Of a stretch of DNA of 64,000 nt, positions 17,960 to 26,529 are shown piece after piece. The notes under the pieces are model-generated. The model was not told the origin of the DNA and did no database searches. It saw only the letters and a list, made by a program, of their open reading frames with translations. Made by a program: the position numbers and the translations under genes. How positions within the stretch are numbered: the stretch's first letter is position 1; each line of letters opens with the position of its first letter. The stretch is from an uncultured Christensenella sp. (GTDB lineage: Bacteria; Bacillota; Clostridia; Christensenellales; CAG-917): contig CAJTNO010000003.1 in NCBI GenBank assembly GCA_910577815.1, positions 178,431-242,430 on the forward strand. Reading direction: 5' to 3'.

Positions 17960-19165
17960 TTATTTTAAGCAATTCTTTTCGTAATTTCTTGCTATTGCTT
18001 CAAGGAACTCTTTGCTGTTCAGTCTTTTTACGCTTACTCCTTCCCGACAAAACAATCCCGCAAGGTCGCCCGTCATCTCTCCGTTCTCTATTGTGCAAAT
18101 AGTAGAATTTTCTATGTCCGTAGCAAATCTTACAAGCTCCGCATTACCGTCAAGCTCTCCGCGCTTTTTCAAGGCTCCCGTCCAGGAAAACAGAGTTGCA
18201 ACCGAGTTTGTCGACGTGCTTTCACCAGCCTGATATTTGCGGTAATGCCTTGTAACCGTGCCGTGCGCCGCCTCGTACTCGTATGCGCCGCTTGGAGAAA
18301 CCAACACCGACGTCATCATAGCAAGAGAACCGAACGCAGTGGCAACCATATCGCTCATAACGTCGCCGTCGTAATTCTTTAAAGCCCAAATAAATCCGCC
18401 GCGCGAACGCATTACCCTTGCAACGGCGTCATCGATTAGAGTATAGAAATACTCTATCCCGTTATCCTCAAACGCTTTTTTATACTTTGTATCGTAAATC
18501 TCCTGAAATATGTCTTTAAAACGGTGGTCGTAAACCTTGGAAATAGTATCCTTTGTTGAAAACCACAGGTCCTTTTTTTCGGATAACGCATACTCGAAGC
18601 AACTTGTTGCAAAGCTTACAATGCTCTTATCGGTATTGTGCTGCGCCTGTAATATTCCGCTATCCGAGCCAAAATCGAATATCTGTCTTTCTTCTCCGTC
18701 GCAAGCGAGCGTAGCAACGCCGCCTTTTGCCTTGATTTCTACCGCCTTATACACGTCCCCGTATGCGTGGCGAGCAATCACGATAGGACTTGTCCAGGTC
18801 GGGACAAGAGGTGTTATGCCTTTAGTCAAAATAGGAGCGCGAAATACAGTGCCGTCCATAATCGCGCGTATAGTAGCGTTTGGGGACGGATACAGTCTTT
18901 TAAGCTTGAATTCCTCCAGTCTTTGAGCATTGGGAGTAATGGTTGCGCATTTTACGCCTACTCCGTACTTCAGGCAGGCATTGCCTGCGTCGCAAGTCAC
19001 CCTATCGTCGGTAGCGTCTCGGTTTTGTATAGATAAATCATAATACTCCGTTTTAAGCTCGACATACGGCGATATCAGAATTTCCTTTACCCATTTCCAA
19101 AGCACTCTTGTCATTTCGTCGCCGTCCATCTCGACAAGCGGAACGGTCATCTTAATTTTATCCAT
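17960..19165 (-). CDS. icd: NADP-dependent isocitrate dehydrogenase (eukaryote-like homodimeric type)
   Basis: 401 aa. The N-terminus ..[14 protein letters not shown]...YV.L...YYDL.I..RD.T.D.VT is typical of the IDH1/2-like subfamily. Confidence 0.92.
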   Translation of the reverse strand: MDKIKMTVPLVEMDGDEMTRVLWKWVKEILISPYVELKTEYYDLSIQNRDATDDRVTCDAGNACLKYGVGVKCATITPNAQRLEEFKLKRLYPSPNATIRAIMDGTVFRAPILTKGITPLVPTWTSPIVIARHAYGDVYKAVEIKAKGGVATLACDGEERQIFDFGSDSGILQAQHNTDKSIVSFATSCFEYALSEKKDLWFSTKDTISKVYDHRFKDIFQEIYDTKYKKAFEDNGIEYFYTLIDDAVARVMRSRGGFIWALKNYDGDVMSDMVATAFGSLAMMTSVLVSPSGAYEYEAAHGTVTRHYRKYQAGESTSTNSVATLFSWTGALKKRGELDGNAELVRFATDIENSTICTIENGEMTGDLAGLFCREGVSVKRLNSKEFLEAIARNYEKNCLK

Positions 19166-19189
19166 ATTAACCTCCGATACTTTGCCGAT

Positions 19190-19218
19190 ATATTAGCACA
19201 CGCGCGCTTAATTGGCAA
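19190..19218 (-). promoter_or_regulatory. sigma-A promoter of icd: TTGCCA-17 nt-TAATAT
   Basis: Minus strand reads TTGCCAattaagcgcgcgtgtgcTAATAT, followed by ..GGAGGttaatATG. Confidence 0.6.
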
Positions 19219-19309
19219 GTGAATAGTACCAAGCACAATGATTGCTATACGCCCGATAATCAAAACCACTCGTTCAATGAGCGGTATTGGTTTCCGCTAA
19301 AGTCTGCAA

Positions 19310-19339
19310 TCAAAATTCAAGTCGCGCACCTGCGCGACT
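19310..19339 (-). terminator. probable intrinsic terminator after ddl
   Basis: Minus strand reads AGTCGCGCaggtGCGCGACTtgaatttt. Confidence 0.55.
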
Positions 19340-19369
19340 CAAAATCCATATAACAATTCATAAATTAGT

Positions 19370-20494
19370 CTACTTAACTATTTTCCCGCCCGACTTGAAC
19401 TTAGACAGCACCTCTGTTTTAAACTTTGACGGAGTCCTGTGCACTGCCTGATAATTTACCGCGTTTTCTATCAGTCTTGTTATAAGCGCCTTAAAATCTA
19501 TTCCCTGTCCTTCAAACAGATAGAACGCCATAGAGCCGGGTACAGTATTTATCTCGTTTATATAAACCTTATTTCTTACCTTATCCACAAGATAATCCAT
19601 ACGCACAACTCCGTTCAGGTCAAGCTCTCGATAAATTCTTTCGGTATTGGCTTTTACAATCAGCTCCAGGTTGCCTATATCGGCAGGAATTACGTGTCCG
19701 CCTCCGCTCATCTTTCCGTTGGTCATATACTTATCGTCAAAGGTAAGAAAATCATTGAGAGTAAGCGGCTGTTCGGTATCCGACAAAACAATTCTGTCTC
19801 CGTCTCTGAACGCGGCGCAATTCACCTCTACAAAATCCGTCAATTTATGCTCTACGATTATTTTAGTGTCGAATCGGCACGCAACCTGCAAGGCAAAATC
19901 AAGCTGTTCGTGATTTTCCGCTACGGTTATGCCTATACTGCTGCCCAGCGTAGACGGCTTAACGATAAGCGGATAGGTTAAAAAGCTCTCCAATCTCTGC
20001 AGGGTACGCTCGGCGTCCTCCTCAAATTCTTCGCGGGTAACCACCTCGTGCGGTAAGGTATTGAGCAGCATACCTTCAAATAATTGCTTGGATAGCGCTT
20101 TATCCATTCCGCAAGCAGACGCTATCACGGACGGACTTGTATACGCTATGCCGTTATACTCAAGTATTGCCTGCAAAATTCCGCTTTCGCCCTCACCGCC
20201 GTGACAGCATATAAATGCCGCGTCGGGCTTAAAATATTTTACAAGTCCGTTATGCTTAACTGTATAAAATTCCCCCTTATACAAAATTGCCTTGGAGTGT
20301 TCAATCGGATTAAATGCTGAAAACGCGTCGAGGCTGTCCAGCTTCTTAACATAAAAATCACCCTCGTACATATAAACGGGTTCTACGTTAAACAAAGACT
20401 TATCTATATTGGATAACGTCTGCATTGCGGTGATGATTGATATATCGCTCTCAAGCGACCTTCCTCCGAAAATCAAAGCAATCTTTTTTTTCAT
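19370..20494 (-). CDS. ddl: D-alanine--D-alanine ligase
   Basis: 374 aa. Starts KKKIALIFGGRS.E..IS, with an ATP-grasp core (..VKPS.LGSSIGI.. and ..EINT.PG..). Confidence 0.93.
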   Translation of the reverse strand: MKKKIALIFGGRSLESDISIITAMQTLSNIDKSLFNVEPVYMYEGDFYVKKLDSLDAFSAFNPIEHSKAILYKGEFYTVKHNGLVKYFKPDAAFICCHGGEGESGILQAILEYNGIAYTSPSVIASACGMDKALSKQLFEGMLLNTLPHEVVTREEFEEDAERTLQRLESFLTYPLIVKPSTLGSSIGITVAENHEQLDFALQVACRFDTKIIVEHKLTDFVEVNCAAFRDGDRIVLSDTEQPLTLNDFLTFDDKYMTNGKMSGGGHVIPADIGNLELIVKANTERIYRELDLNGVVRMDYLVDKVRNKVYINEINTVPGSMAFYLFEGQGIDFKALITRLIENAVNYQAVHRTPSKFKTEVLSKFKSGGKIVK

Positions 20495-20667
20495 AAAAAC
20501 CTCACACTGCTACTATCTATGCTTATCTTTCGGATTTTGTGAGAAACAAGCACAGACAGCTGCAAAACAACCCTTTTATTATTCACTATATTTCAAAGCC
20601 AAATTTATCGATGTATTATAATTTTATTTGATTTTTATAATACTTTTTCTGATTTTATTATTGATAC

Positions 20668-22272
20668 CTATCTTTTTTCATCATATATATCGGGCAAATC
20701 ATTTAATATAAGCAATATATCCCCTACGTGTAATCTGTCTTTAAAATCGTCCTCCGCGCACTTAAGACTGTCGTAAATATGAATTTCTCCGCCATAGCCG
20801 CCGTCTATAAGTCCGCGTCTTATTGCGTCCGTTCTTTTTGCCCCGACAAGCATAACAAGGTCGGCAACGGCGCTCATATTTATGCCAAGCTTATAGTTCT
20901 CCTCACTCTCCTGCGCCCCAAGCTCCACAAGCCCGGGAGTCAGCACAACCTTTCTTCCCTCAAATAGCGAAAGGGTTTCTATCGCCATTCTCGCGCCGTC
21001 GGGATTGGAGTTAAAACTGTCGTCGATAATCTTTATTCCATTGCCGTGTATCAATTCCATTCTGTGCGGAACAGGCTCAAGCTTCTCTATGGCGTCAAGA
21101 ATAAAAGGTATCTCCACCCCAAGCTTATACGCCATAGTAGCGGCAAGCACTATATTCTCGATATTGTGCATTCCTATGAGCTGCGTATGCACATAATAGG
21201 ATTCTCCGTCAAGAATTATATCGAAGTCGCTGCCATTATCCGTCGTGCATATCTGTTCGGCTCTAAACTCGTTTTGCTCGTCAAGCCCTGCGTACACAAG
21301 CTGAGGCTTGCGCTTTGTATTCTTTAAAGCATTTTCCGCACTATCCTTACACGCGCCGCTTACAACGCAAATTCCGTTCTCTCCAACGCCCAGTATTCTG
21401 CACTTTTCTCTGATAATATTGTCCTGTGTACGGAAGGTTTCAAGATGCTGAGAATTTATGCCCGTAAGTATCGTATAGGTCGGCTTTACGATTTTCATAA
21501 GCTCTTTTATATCTCCGACTCGTCTTGCTCCGAATTCCGCAACAAAAACGTCGTAGGTCGCGTCCAGTCCGTTTACGGTTTTTGAAATACCCATCGGAGT
21601 ATTATAGCTTGCGGGAGTCACAAGCACGTTGTATTTTTCAAGCAGCATCGCGCTTAAGAAGTTTTTTACCGAGGTTTTTCCAAAGCTGCCGGTAATAGCA
21701 ATCTTAATCAGCGACGGATTAGCCGCAAGCCGTTTAGCCGTACGTCTTTCATAACGCCTGTTATTGAGTCTTTCAAACACATTGCTGACCGTGCCAAAAA
21801 CCATAAACATAAGCGGATACACGGGAGGAAACACAAACAGAACCAAATAACGAAGATACTGCTGAGATATGTGCGCATTTCCTATTGCGAACGCCAAGGT
21901 TACGAGCACCGTTGTCGCCGCGGACACAAACAAAAGGAATCTTACCGCTCTTTTAGTATATTTAAGCGGCTTTTTGCGTGTCGGCAAATCCTCCATAAAG
22001 TACATTGCAAACTCTGCTATAAAAAAGAACAGCACAGTGATAAAGCCCCAGAACGCGCGCGTCTGCAAAAAGTAGAATATGCACCATATGCCTATAAAAA
22101 GTATGACCGTACACAGGTCTATCAGATATACAAAGCTCAAGCGCTTGTTTTTAAAAATCTCGGTAATTCTGTAATTATCCTGCTGAATCGCATATAAATA
22201 CGGACGCGTAATAAAAAACGCGTCTATAAATATGAGCATCACATAAAACCAATCGCCTCGCAATAGAGTCAT
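20668..22272 (-). CDS. MurF-like Mur ligase (UDP-MurNAc-tripeptide--D-Ala-D-Ala ligase family) with an N-terminal polytopic membrane domain
   Basis: Start moved to ATG 22272, which has the RBS GGAGGGTGG. About 185 hydrophobic aa (~5 TM helices) precede the Mur ligase P-loop ITGSFGKTS and the central and C-terminal domains. Adjacent to ddl. Confidence 0.8.
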   Translation of the reverse strand: MTLLRGDWFYVMLIFIDAFFITRPYLYAIQQDNYRITEIFKNKRLSFVYLIDLCTVILFIGIWCIFYFLQTRAFWGFITVLFFFIAEFAMYFMEDLPTRKKPLKYTKRAVRFLLFVSAATTVLVTLAFAIGNAHISQQYLRYLVLFVFPPVYPLMFMVFGTVSNVFERLNNRRYERRTAKRLAANPSLIKIAITGSFGKTSVKNFLSAMLLEKYNVLVTPASYNTPMGISKTVNGLDATYDVFVAEFGARRVGDIKELMKIVKPTYTILTGINSQHLETFRTQDNIIREKCRILGVGENGICVVSGACKDSAENALKNTKRKPQLVYAGLDEQNEFRAEQICTTDNGSDFDIILDGESYYVHTQLIGMHNIENIVLAATMAYKLGVEIPFILDAIEKLEPVPHRMELIHGNGIKIIDDSFNSNPDGARMAIETLSLFEGRKVVLTPGLVELGAQESEENYKLGINMSAVADLVMLVGAKRTDAIRRGLIDGGYGGEIHIYDSLKCAEDDFKDRLHVGDILLILNDLPDIYDEKR

Positions 22273-22351
22273 ACCACCCTCCGATTTCTCAGGTCTTTTG
22301 TGCTGCAAATATTATACTTATGTATGAGCTTTCAATGCTTATTCTATAAAT

Positions 22352-23116
22352 TCAGGCTATAAAAGCCTTAAGTATGGATATAAATTTTCCGCTGTCCTCC
22401 GCATAAGCAAAATGTCCGCCGTTAAGCCAAAAAATACTGCTGTCGGCTATATTTTTATTCAGCCTTCGCGCCATATAAGCGGGAGTATCCCTGTCACCGT
22501 CTCCCCAAAAGATTGCGGTCGGACACTTAATATTGCCAAGCAGCGACGTCTGGTCGTAATTTACAACTTTTTTAAACGTTTCACGCATAGTCGGTGAAAG
22601 AACTCTGAAATCCGCCGACCCCTTAAGCCCCTTAAGCCCAAGCTTTCTCAAAAGCTTATGAACGCCTATTTTTATGTAATATTTAAGTCCGCGTCTGGGC
22701 TTGAGTCCTGCGCTATCCACTAAAACAAGCTTATAAACCAATTCGGGATAATTGCTTGCAAGCTCCAGACACACTCTCCCGCCAAAGGAATGCCCTACAA
22801 ATACGGCTTTTTCTATTCCGATAAGTCGTGTAAGCGCTATGACGTCGGCGGCATAATCCGCTACAGTGTAAGTCTTATCGGGTTCTTCGCTCTCTCCGAA
22901 GCCCGCAAAATCAAGCAAGGTAACCCTGAATTTTGAGGATATTGTCTTTGCGACAAATAAAAAAGCGGAGATGCTCGCACCCCAGCCGTGTAAAAATACT
23001 ATATCTTCGCCGCTTCCAAAGCTGACGTACTTGACCTTGTGTCCGTTAATAACGGAATATTGCGGAGCATATCCGCTATTCAACGCCGCCGAGCGACGGT
23101 TGCCGTTTTCGCGCAA
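22352..23116 (-). CDS. alpha/beta-fold hydrolase
   Basis: 254 aa. HGWG oxyanion motif, nucleophile elbow GHSFGG, C-terminal His. Confidence 0.85.
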   Translation of the reverse strand: MRENGNRRSAALNSGYAPQYSVINGHKVKYVSFGSGEDIVFLHGWGASISAFLFVAKTISSKFRVTLLDFAGFGESEEPDKTYTVADYAADVIALTRLIGIEKAVFVGHSFGGRVCLELASNYPELVYKLVLVDSAGLKPRRGLKYYIKIGVHKLLRKLGLKGLKGSADFRVLSPTMRETFKKVVNYDQTSLLGNIKCPTAIFWGDGDRDTPAYMARRLNKNIADSSIFWLNGGHFAYAEDSGKFISILKAFIA

Positions 23117-23143
23117 TGCTGCGCCGGAATAATTACTGTCTAT

Positions 23144-23584
23144 TTAGTCCTCCCCGATAGTCAGCCACATTACAAGAGCGTCGTATCTATTTGCATAATA
23201 CCTCTTGCGTATGCCTTCTACCGTGAAGCCGAGCGATTTATACAATTTAACCGCGCGCTCGTTGGTATCCTTTACCTCTAAAGTAATCCTCTTTATGCCT
23301 TCGCGCCTTGCAAGCTCTAAAAGCTTAAGCATAAGCGTTTTTCCATAGCCCCGTCCGCGCATATCCGCGCGCACCGCAATATTTGCTATCTGACCTTCGT
23401 CAAGCACCTTGTGAAAGCCGCCGTAGCAGATGACCTCGCTGTCGCTCACTCCCACTAAATAGTAGGCGTTTTTATCCTCAAGCTCGGGCTCAAACATTCC
23501 TACCGTCCAAGGCTCGTCAAACGCCTCCGCTTCAATCTCTGCCATAAGAGGGAGATGCTCTGCTTTTAAGCTTTCAAATCTCAT
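23144..23584 (-). CDS. rimI: ribosomal-protein-alanine N-acetyltransferase RimI (GNAT)
   Basis: 146 aa. GNAT motif A (RGRGYGKTLM). tsaE-tsaB-rimI gene order. Confidence 0.88.
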   Translation of the reverse strand: MRFESLKAEHLPLMAEIEAEAFDEPWTVGMFEPELEDKNAYYLVGVSDSEVICYGGFHKVLDEGQIANIAVRADMRGRGYGKTLMLKLLELARREGIKRITLEVKDTNERAVKLYKSLGFTVEGIRKRYYANRYDALVMWLTIGED

Positions 23585-24146
23585 CCTTTTCCCTCTCCGC
23601 CTGCGACTTTCTCATATAAAACGGCGACAGAATGTCTTGAAAGCACCCGTTCTCAAGCTTTTTCCGCACTACACCCGCAAGCGCAAGCCAGTTATCGCAA
23701 ACGGGCTTTGTCATTGCCAAGCTCGGAATATTATTCTCTCCGTCAGAAATGAACCGCGCGCTTTTAACCTCGCCGTTTTCACACTCCGCACAGTACAAAT
23801 TTCCGTGTCCCGCGTCCACAGCCGCCAGAACGTTTGCACAATTATATGATATAACTTCAAAAGAGGTGACGCTTATTCTCTTTGCATTATTGGCAAAAGC
23901 TATCGCCGTCATTGCGGACACGCCTATTCTGATACCCGTAAACGAACCCGGACCCACGACGGCGGCAACAGCTTCTACTGCGCTTATATCCGCATCGGCT
24001 TCCTTCAACACTTCGTCGACGGTTGGCATAAGCAAACGCGAATGTCCGGATTTTCCGACCTCTATTTCCCTATGGTATATCTTGTCGTCCTTTAAAAGAA
24101 CTACCGTCAATTTAGTATTTGTTGTATCAATAGCAAGACAATTCAC
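23574..24146 (-). CDS. tsaB: tRNA t6A37 biosynthesis protein TsaB
   Basis: 190 aa. ..LAIDTT.. start and ..GPGSFTGIRIG.. motif. Confidence 0.9.
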   Translation of the reverse strand: MNCLAIDTTNTKLTVVLLKDDKIYHREIEVGKSGHSRLLMPTVDEVLKEADADISAVEAVAAVVGPGSFTGIRIGVSAMTAIAFANNAKRISVTSFEVISYNCANVLAAVDAGHGNLYCAECENGEVKSARFISDGENNIPSLAMTKPVCDNWLALAGVVRKKLENGCFQDILSPFYMRKSQAEREKDEI

Positions 24147-24192
24147 TCGCTCCCTCTCTTAATTAAATGTTGTTTAAATTCTGATTTTATTC

Positions 24193-25470
24193 TTAATCAT
24201 CTAACGTCGGAGTATCAGTCGTTACAATATTTTCATCGTTAGCGTTCCCAACCGTTTCGTTCAAACCTTTAGATACCGCATCCTTTAAATCATTCGTATT
24301 TGATATGTTTATTTCATTTTGTTCAGTTGCAGAATTGCCACGCTTAGATATCTCAAAAATACGGTTTTCGTTATCCTGCGAGATAGATATCTCTATTATT
24401 TTACCTTTTAGGCTATCAAACTTATTCCATTCGATAACCGTTACCGCCTCATCGTCAAAGCAATCCTCTACGCCCAACTCGGCAAGCTCGTCTGAACTCT
24501 CAACCCTGTACATATCCAAATGGTTTAATTTAATACGACCGCTATCGTATGTGTTGAGTATAGTAAACGTGGGGCTTGTAACTTCTTCCTGTATACCCAA
24601 TGACTTTGCAAGTCCTTTAGTAAAAGTAGTCTTGCCTGCGCCAAGCTCGCCGCTGAGAAGAATTACCTCGCCTCCGTCCAGCATATTTGCAACCTTATCG
24701 GCAAGAGCATATGTATCTGCTTCTGTTTTTACCTTATGTTTTCCGTATACTTTATCCTTTCGCAAGCTATCGCCCTCCCAATGCAGCAACACGCTCAATC
24801 TCTTGTAAAGCACAAATGTCAGCGCAGACATTATTATACATCTGATTAAATTAAAAGGCAACACGGCAAGAGGCAAATAATAAGCATAAAAATTATCGAC
24901 TGTAACATTTTTATACAATGCGCTTACCATACCTATTATTGCTTCAAATCCGAATGCCTTGGCATAAAAAGGTATAGAGATAAATCTATTTACAATTAGT
25001 CCCGCCCCAACAAACGCACACGTGCCTACAAGCAAACCTATAAACGCGTGCTTTTTATCCTTTTTAATACTGTAGATAATAGATGCGGGAAGCACAAGCG
25101 CAATTCCCATAAGTATATCTGTGGCTTCGCCGACATAGGCGGTACCCGTCATAGGAAATTTAAATAAGCATTTTAAAATTATGACCAAGCAGCCGCTGAC
25201 AGGTCCCATAGAAAATCCTGCAAGCAAAGCGGGAAGCTCGGAAATCTGCATATCCAAAAAGCTTGGAAACATAAACGGCAAGCTGAATTTGGCAAAGGCA
25301 TACAGAATAAACGATATTGCCGTTAGTATTGCTATTTTGGCAACATATGACGCCGAAAATTTGGGATTGGCAAACTTTTTAATGCTGTTTTTAAACGAAA
25401 CACCGAGCTTTGAAGCTACGTTCTCGTTTTTCATCGCCGAAGCGCCGTTGCCAGACTGTTGCTTTTCCAT
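24193..25470 (-). CDS. fusion protein: ECF-transporter S component RibU/FmnP (riboflavin) :: t6A ATPase TsaE
   Basis: 425 aa in one uninterrupted frame. Residues ~35-230 form the membrane domain with FLDMQISELPALLAGFSMGPVSG, a FmnP/RibU hallmark. Residues ~245-390 carry the TsaE motifs (LLSGELGAGKTTFTKGL.., SPTFT, HLDMYR). An FMN riboswitch lies immediately upstream. Confidence 0.85.
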   Translation of the reverse strand: MEKQQSGNGASAMKNENVASKLGVSFKNSIKKFANPKFSASYVAKIAILTAISFILYAFAKFSLPFMFPSFLDMQISELPALLAGFSMGPVSGCLVIILKCLFKFPMTGTAYVGEATDILMGIALVLPASIIYSIKKDKKHAFIGLLVGTCAFVGAGLIVNRFISIPFYAKAFGFEAIIGMVSALYKNVTVDNFYAYYLPLAVLPFNLIRCIIMSALTFVLYKRLSVLLHWEGDSLRKDKVYGKHKVKTEADTYALADKVANMLDGGEVILLSGELGAGKTTFTKGLAKSLGIQEEVTSPTFTILNTYDSGRIKLNHLDMYRVESSDELAELGVEDCFDDEAVTVIEWNKFDSLKGKIIEISISQDNENRIFEISKRGNSATEQNEINISNTNDLKDAVSKGLNETVGNANDENIVTTDTPTLDD

Positions 25471-25477
25471 AAAAAAA

Positions 25478-25638
25478 CCTCGAATACATCGAGGCGCGCA
25501 AATGGACGTAAATATTGCGTATTTTTACATCCGCTTCTTTCATCCGGACTATACCGTCGGTTTGGGAATTGCACCCAATCAACCTAAAAAGGCTCGCGGA
25601 CTATACCGCCGGTGAGGATTTTCACCTCGCCCCGAAGC
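25478..25638 (-). promoter_or_regulatory. FMN riboswitch (RFN element) with terminator/SD-sequestering hairpin
   Basis: Minus strand reads CTTCGGGGCGAGGTGAAAATCCTCACCGGCGGTATAGTCCGCGAGCC...GATTGGGTGCAATTCCCAAACCGACGGTATAGTCCGGATGAAAGAAGCGG. This matches the conserved RFN core almost base for base. It is followed by CCTCGAtgtatTCGAGG TTTTTTT ATG. Confidence 0.92.
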
Positions 25639-25723
25639 AATTATTATCTTAATCACATTATACGCCCCTGTCAACAATTTTGCGAAAATTATTAAAAAAA
25701 CAAATTTTGTCAACACTAAGCAT

Positions 25724-26053
25724 ATGACGATGATAACAACCGTAGATATTCAACCAAGCGAAAACGTGTTCGGCATTGAGGATATGGTTTCATACGCCTT
25801 GCAACACGAATTTGTACTCGGCGCGCGCGCATTTGAATACAACGACACTTTTGTACTTGCAATACTTGCCACTCCGTTCTGTCTTAAAAGCGAGCGCGAT
25901 AACGCAAAGCTTCAGCTTACAGAAAGTCTGAAATCCTTATTAGGGGATAAAAATTTTATTATAACCTTTGATATGCAGGTATACAGAAATGTTCAGAACG
26001 AGCTTGACGAACAGACGAAAGCATATTTGTTAAATCTCGCAAAACAGCGTTAA
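25724..26053 (+). CDS. hypothetical protein
   Basis: 109 aa with a balanced, non-repetitive composition. No clear RBS and no family recognised. Confidence 0.5.
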   Translation: MTMITTVDIQPSENVFGIEDMVSYALQHEFVLGARAFEYNDTFVLAILATPFCLKSERDNAKLQLTESLKSLLGDKNFIITFDMQVYRNVQNELDEQTKAYLLNLAKQR

Positions 26054-26066
26054 AAGCGCATAAAAT

Positions 26067-26113
26067 CGGGCAAAGTATTATAAAAATCACATAAATTTAT
26101 AGCACTTTGCCCG
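26067..26113. terminator. possible long-loop hairpin terminator between convergent genes
   Basis: CGGGCAAAGT..27 nt..ACTTTGCCCG in an AT-rich context. The loop is unusually large. Confidence 0.35.
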
Positions 26114-26122
26114 TAAATTATT

Positions 26123-26476
26123 TTAATTTTCCGAATTATACTTTTGAATATTGTTTCCGTCCGACCACAATTTTTCAAGACAATAGAACATACGCGTTTC
26201 GTCATTGAAGATATGCACTATAACCCCACCGTAATCGAGAACAGCCCATTTACTGTCGGACATACCGTCTGAGTGCGTAGGAGTAATACCCTCCTCCTTA
26301 AGTCTGTCCTCCACAAACTCAGCAAGCGCTTTTACCTGCTTTGTACTCTTTGCCGTACAAATGACAAAGTAATCCGTCATAACCGTAAGATGCTCTACGT
26401 CAAGTACGGTGATATCCACGGCTTTATGCTCGTCAAGCTCTTTGCAGATAATATCTTTCATTTCGATTGATTCCAT
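26123..26476 (-). CDS. rsfS: ribosome silencing factor RsfS
   Basis: Start set at ATG 26476, which has the RBS GGAGGG. The track ORF extends to 26533. ..DITVLDV...TDYFVICTA.S..QV.A.. is typical of RsfS. Follows nadD-yqeK. Confidence 0.88.
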   Translation of the reverse strand: MESIEMKDIICKELDEHKAVDITVLDVEHLTVMTDYFVICTAKSTKQVKALAEFVEDRLKEEGITPTHSDGMSDSKWAVLDYGGVIVHIFNDETRMFYCLEKLWSDGNNIQKYNSEN

Positions 26477-26529
26477 AGTTCCCTCCAGAATGTTCTTATG
26501 TATATTTAGTATTTCCAAAGACGCAAGCG

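Noticed and set aside
25641-25723. TGTCAACA occurs twice (~25669 and ~25703), and a TTGACA lies 6 nt from a TATAAT on the minus strand, in the riboswitch / 25724-gene intergenic region.
   Set aside because: The TTGACA-TATAAT spacing is incompatible with a sigma-A promoter, and the two 8-mers could match by chance in AT-rich DNA. No confident regulatory call is possible.
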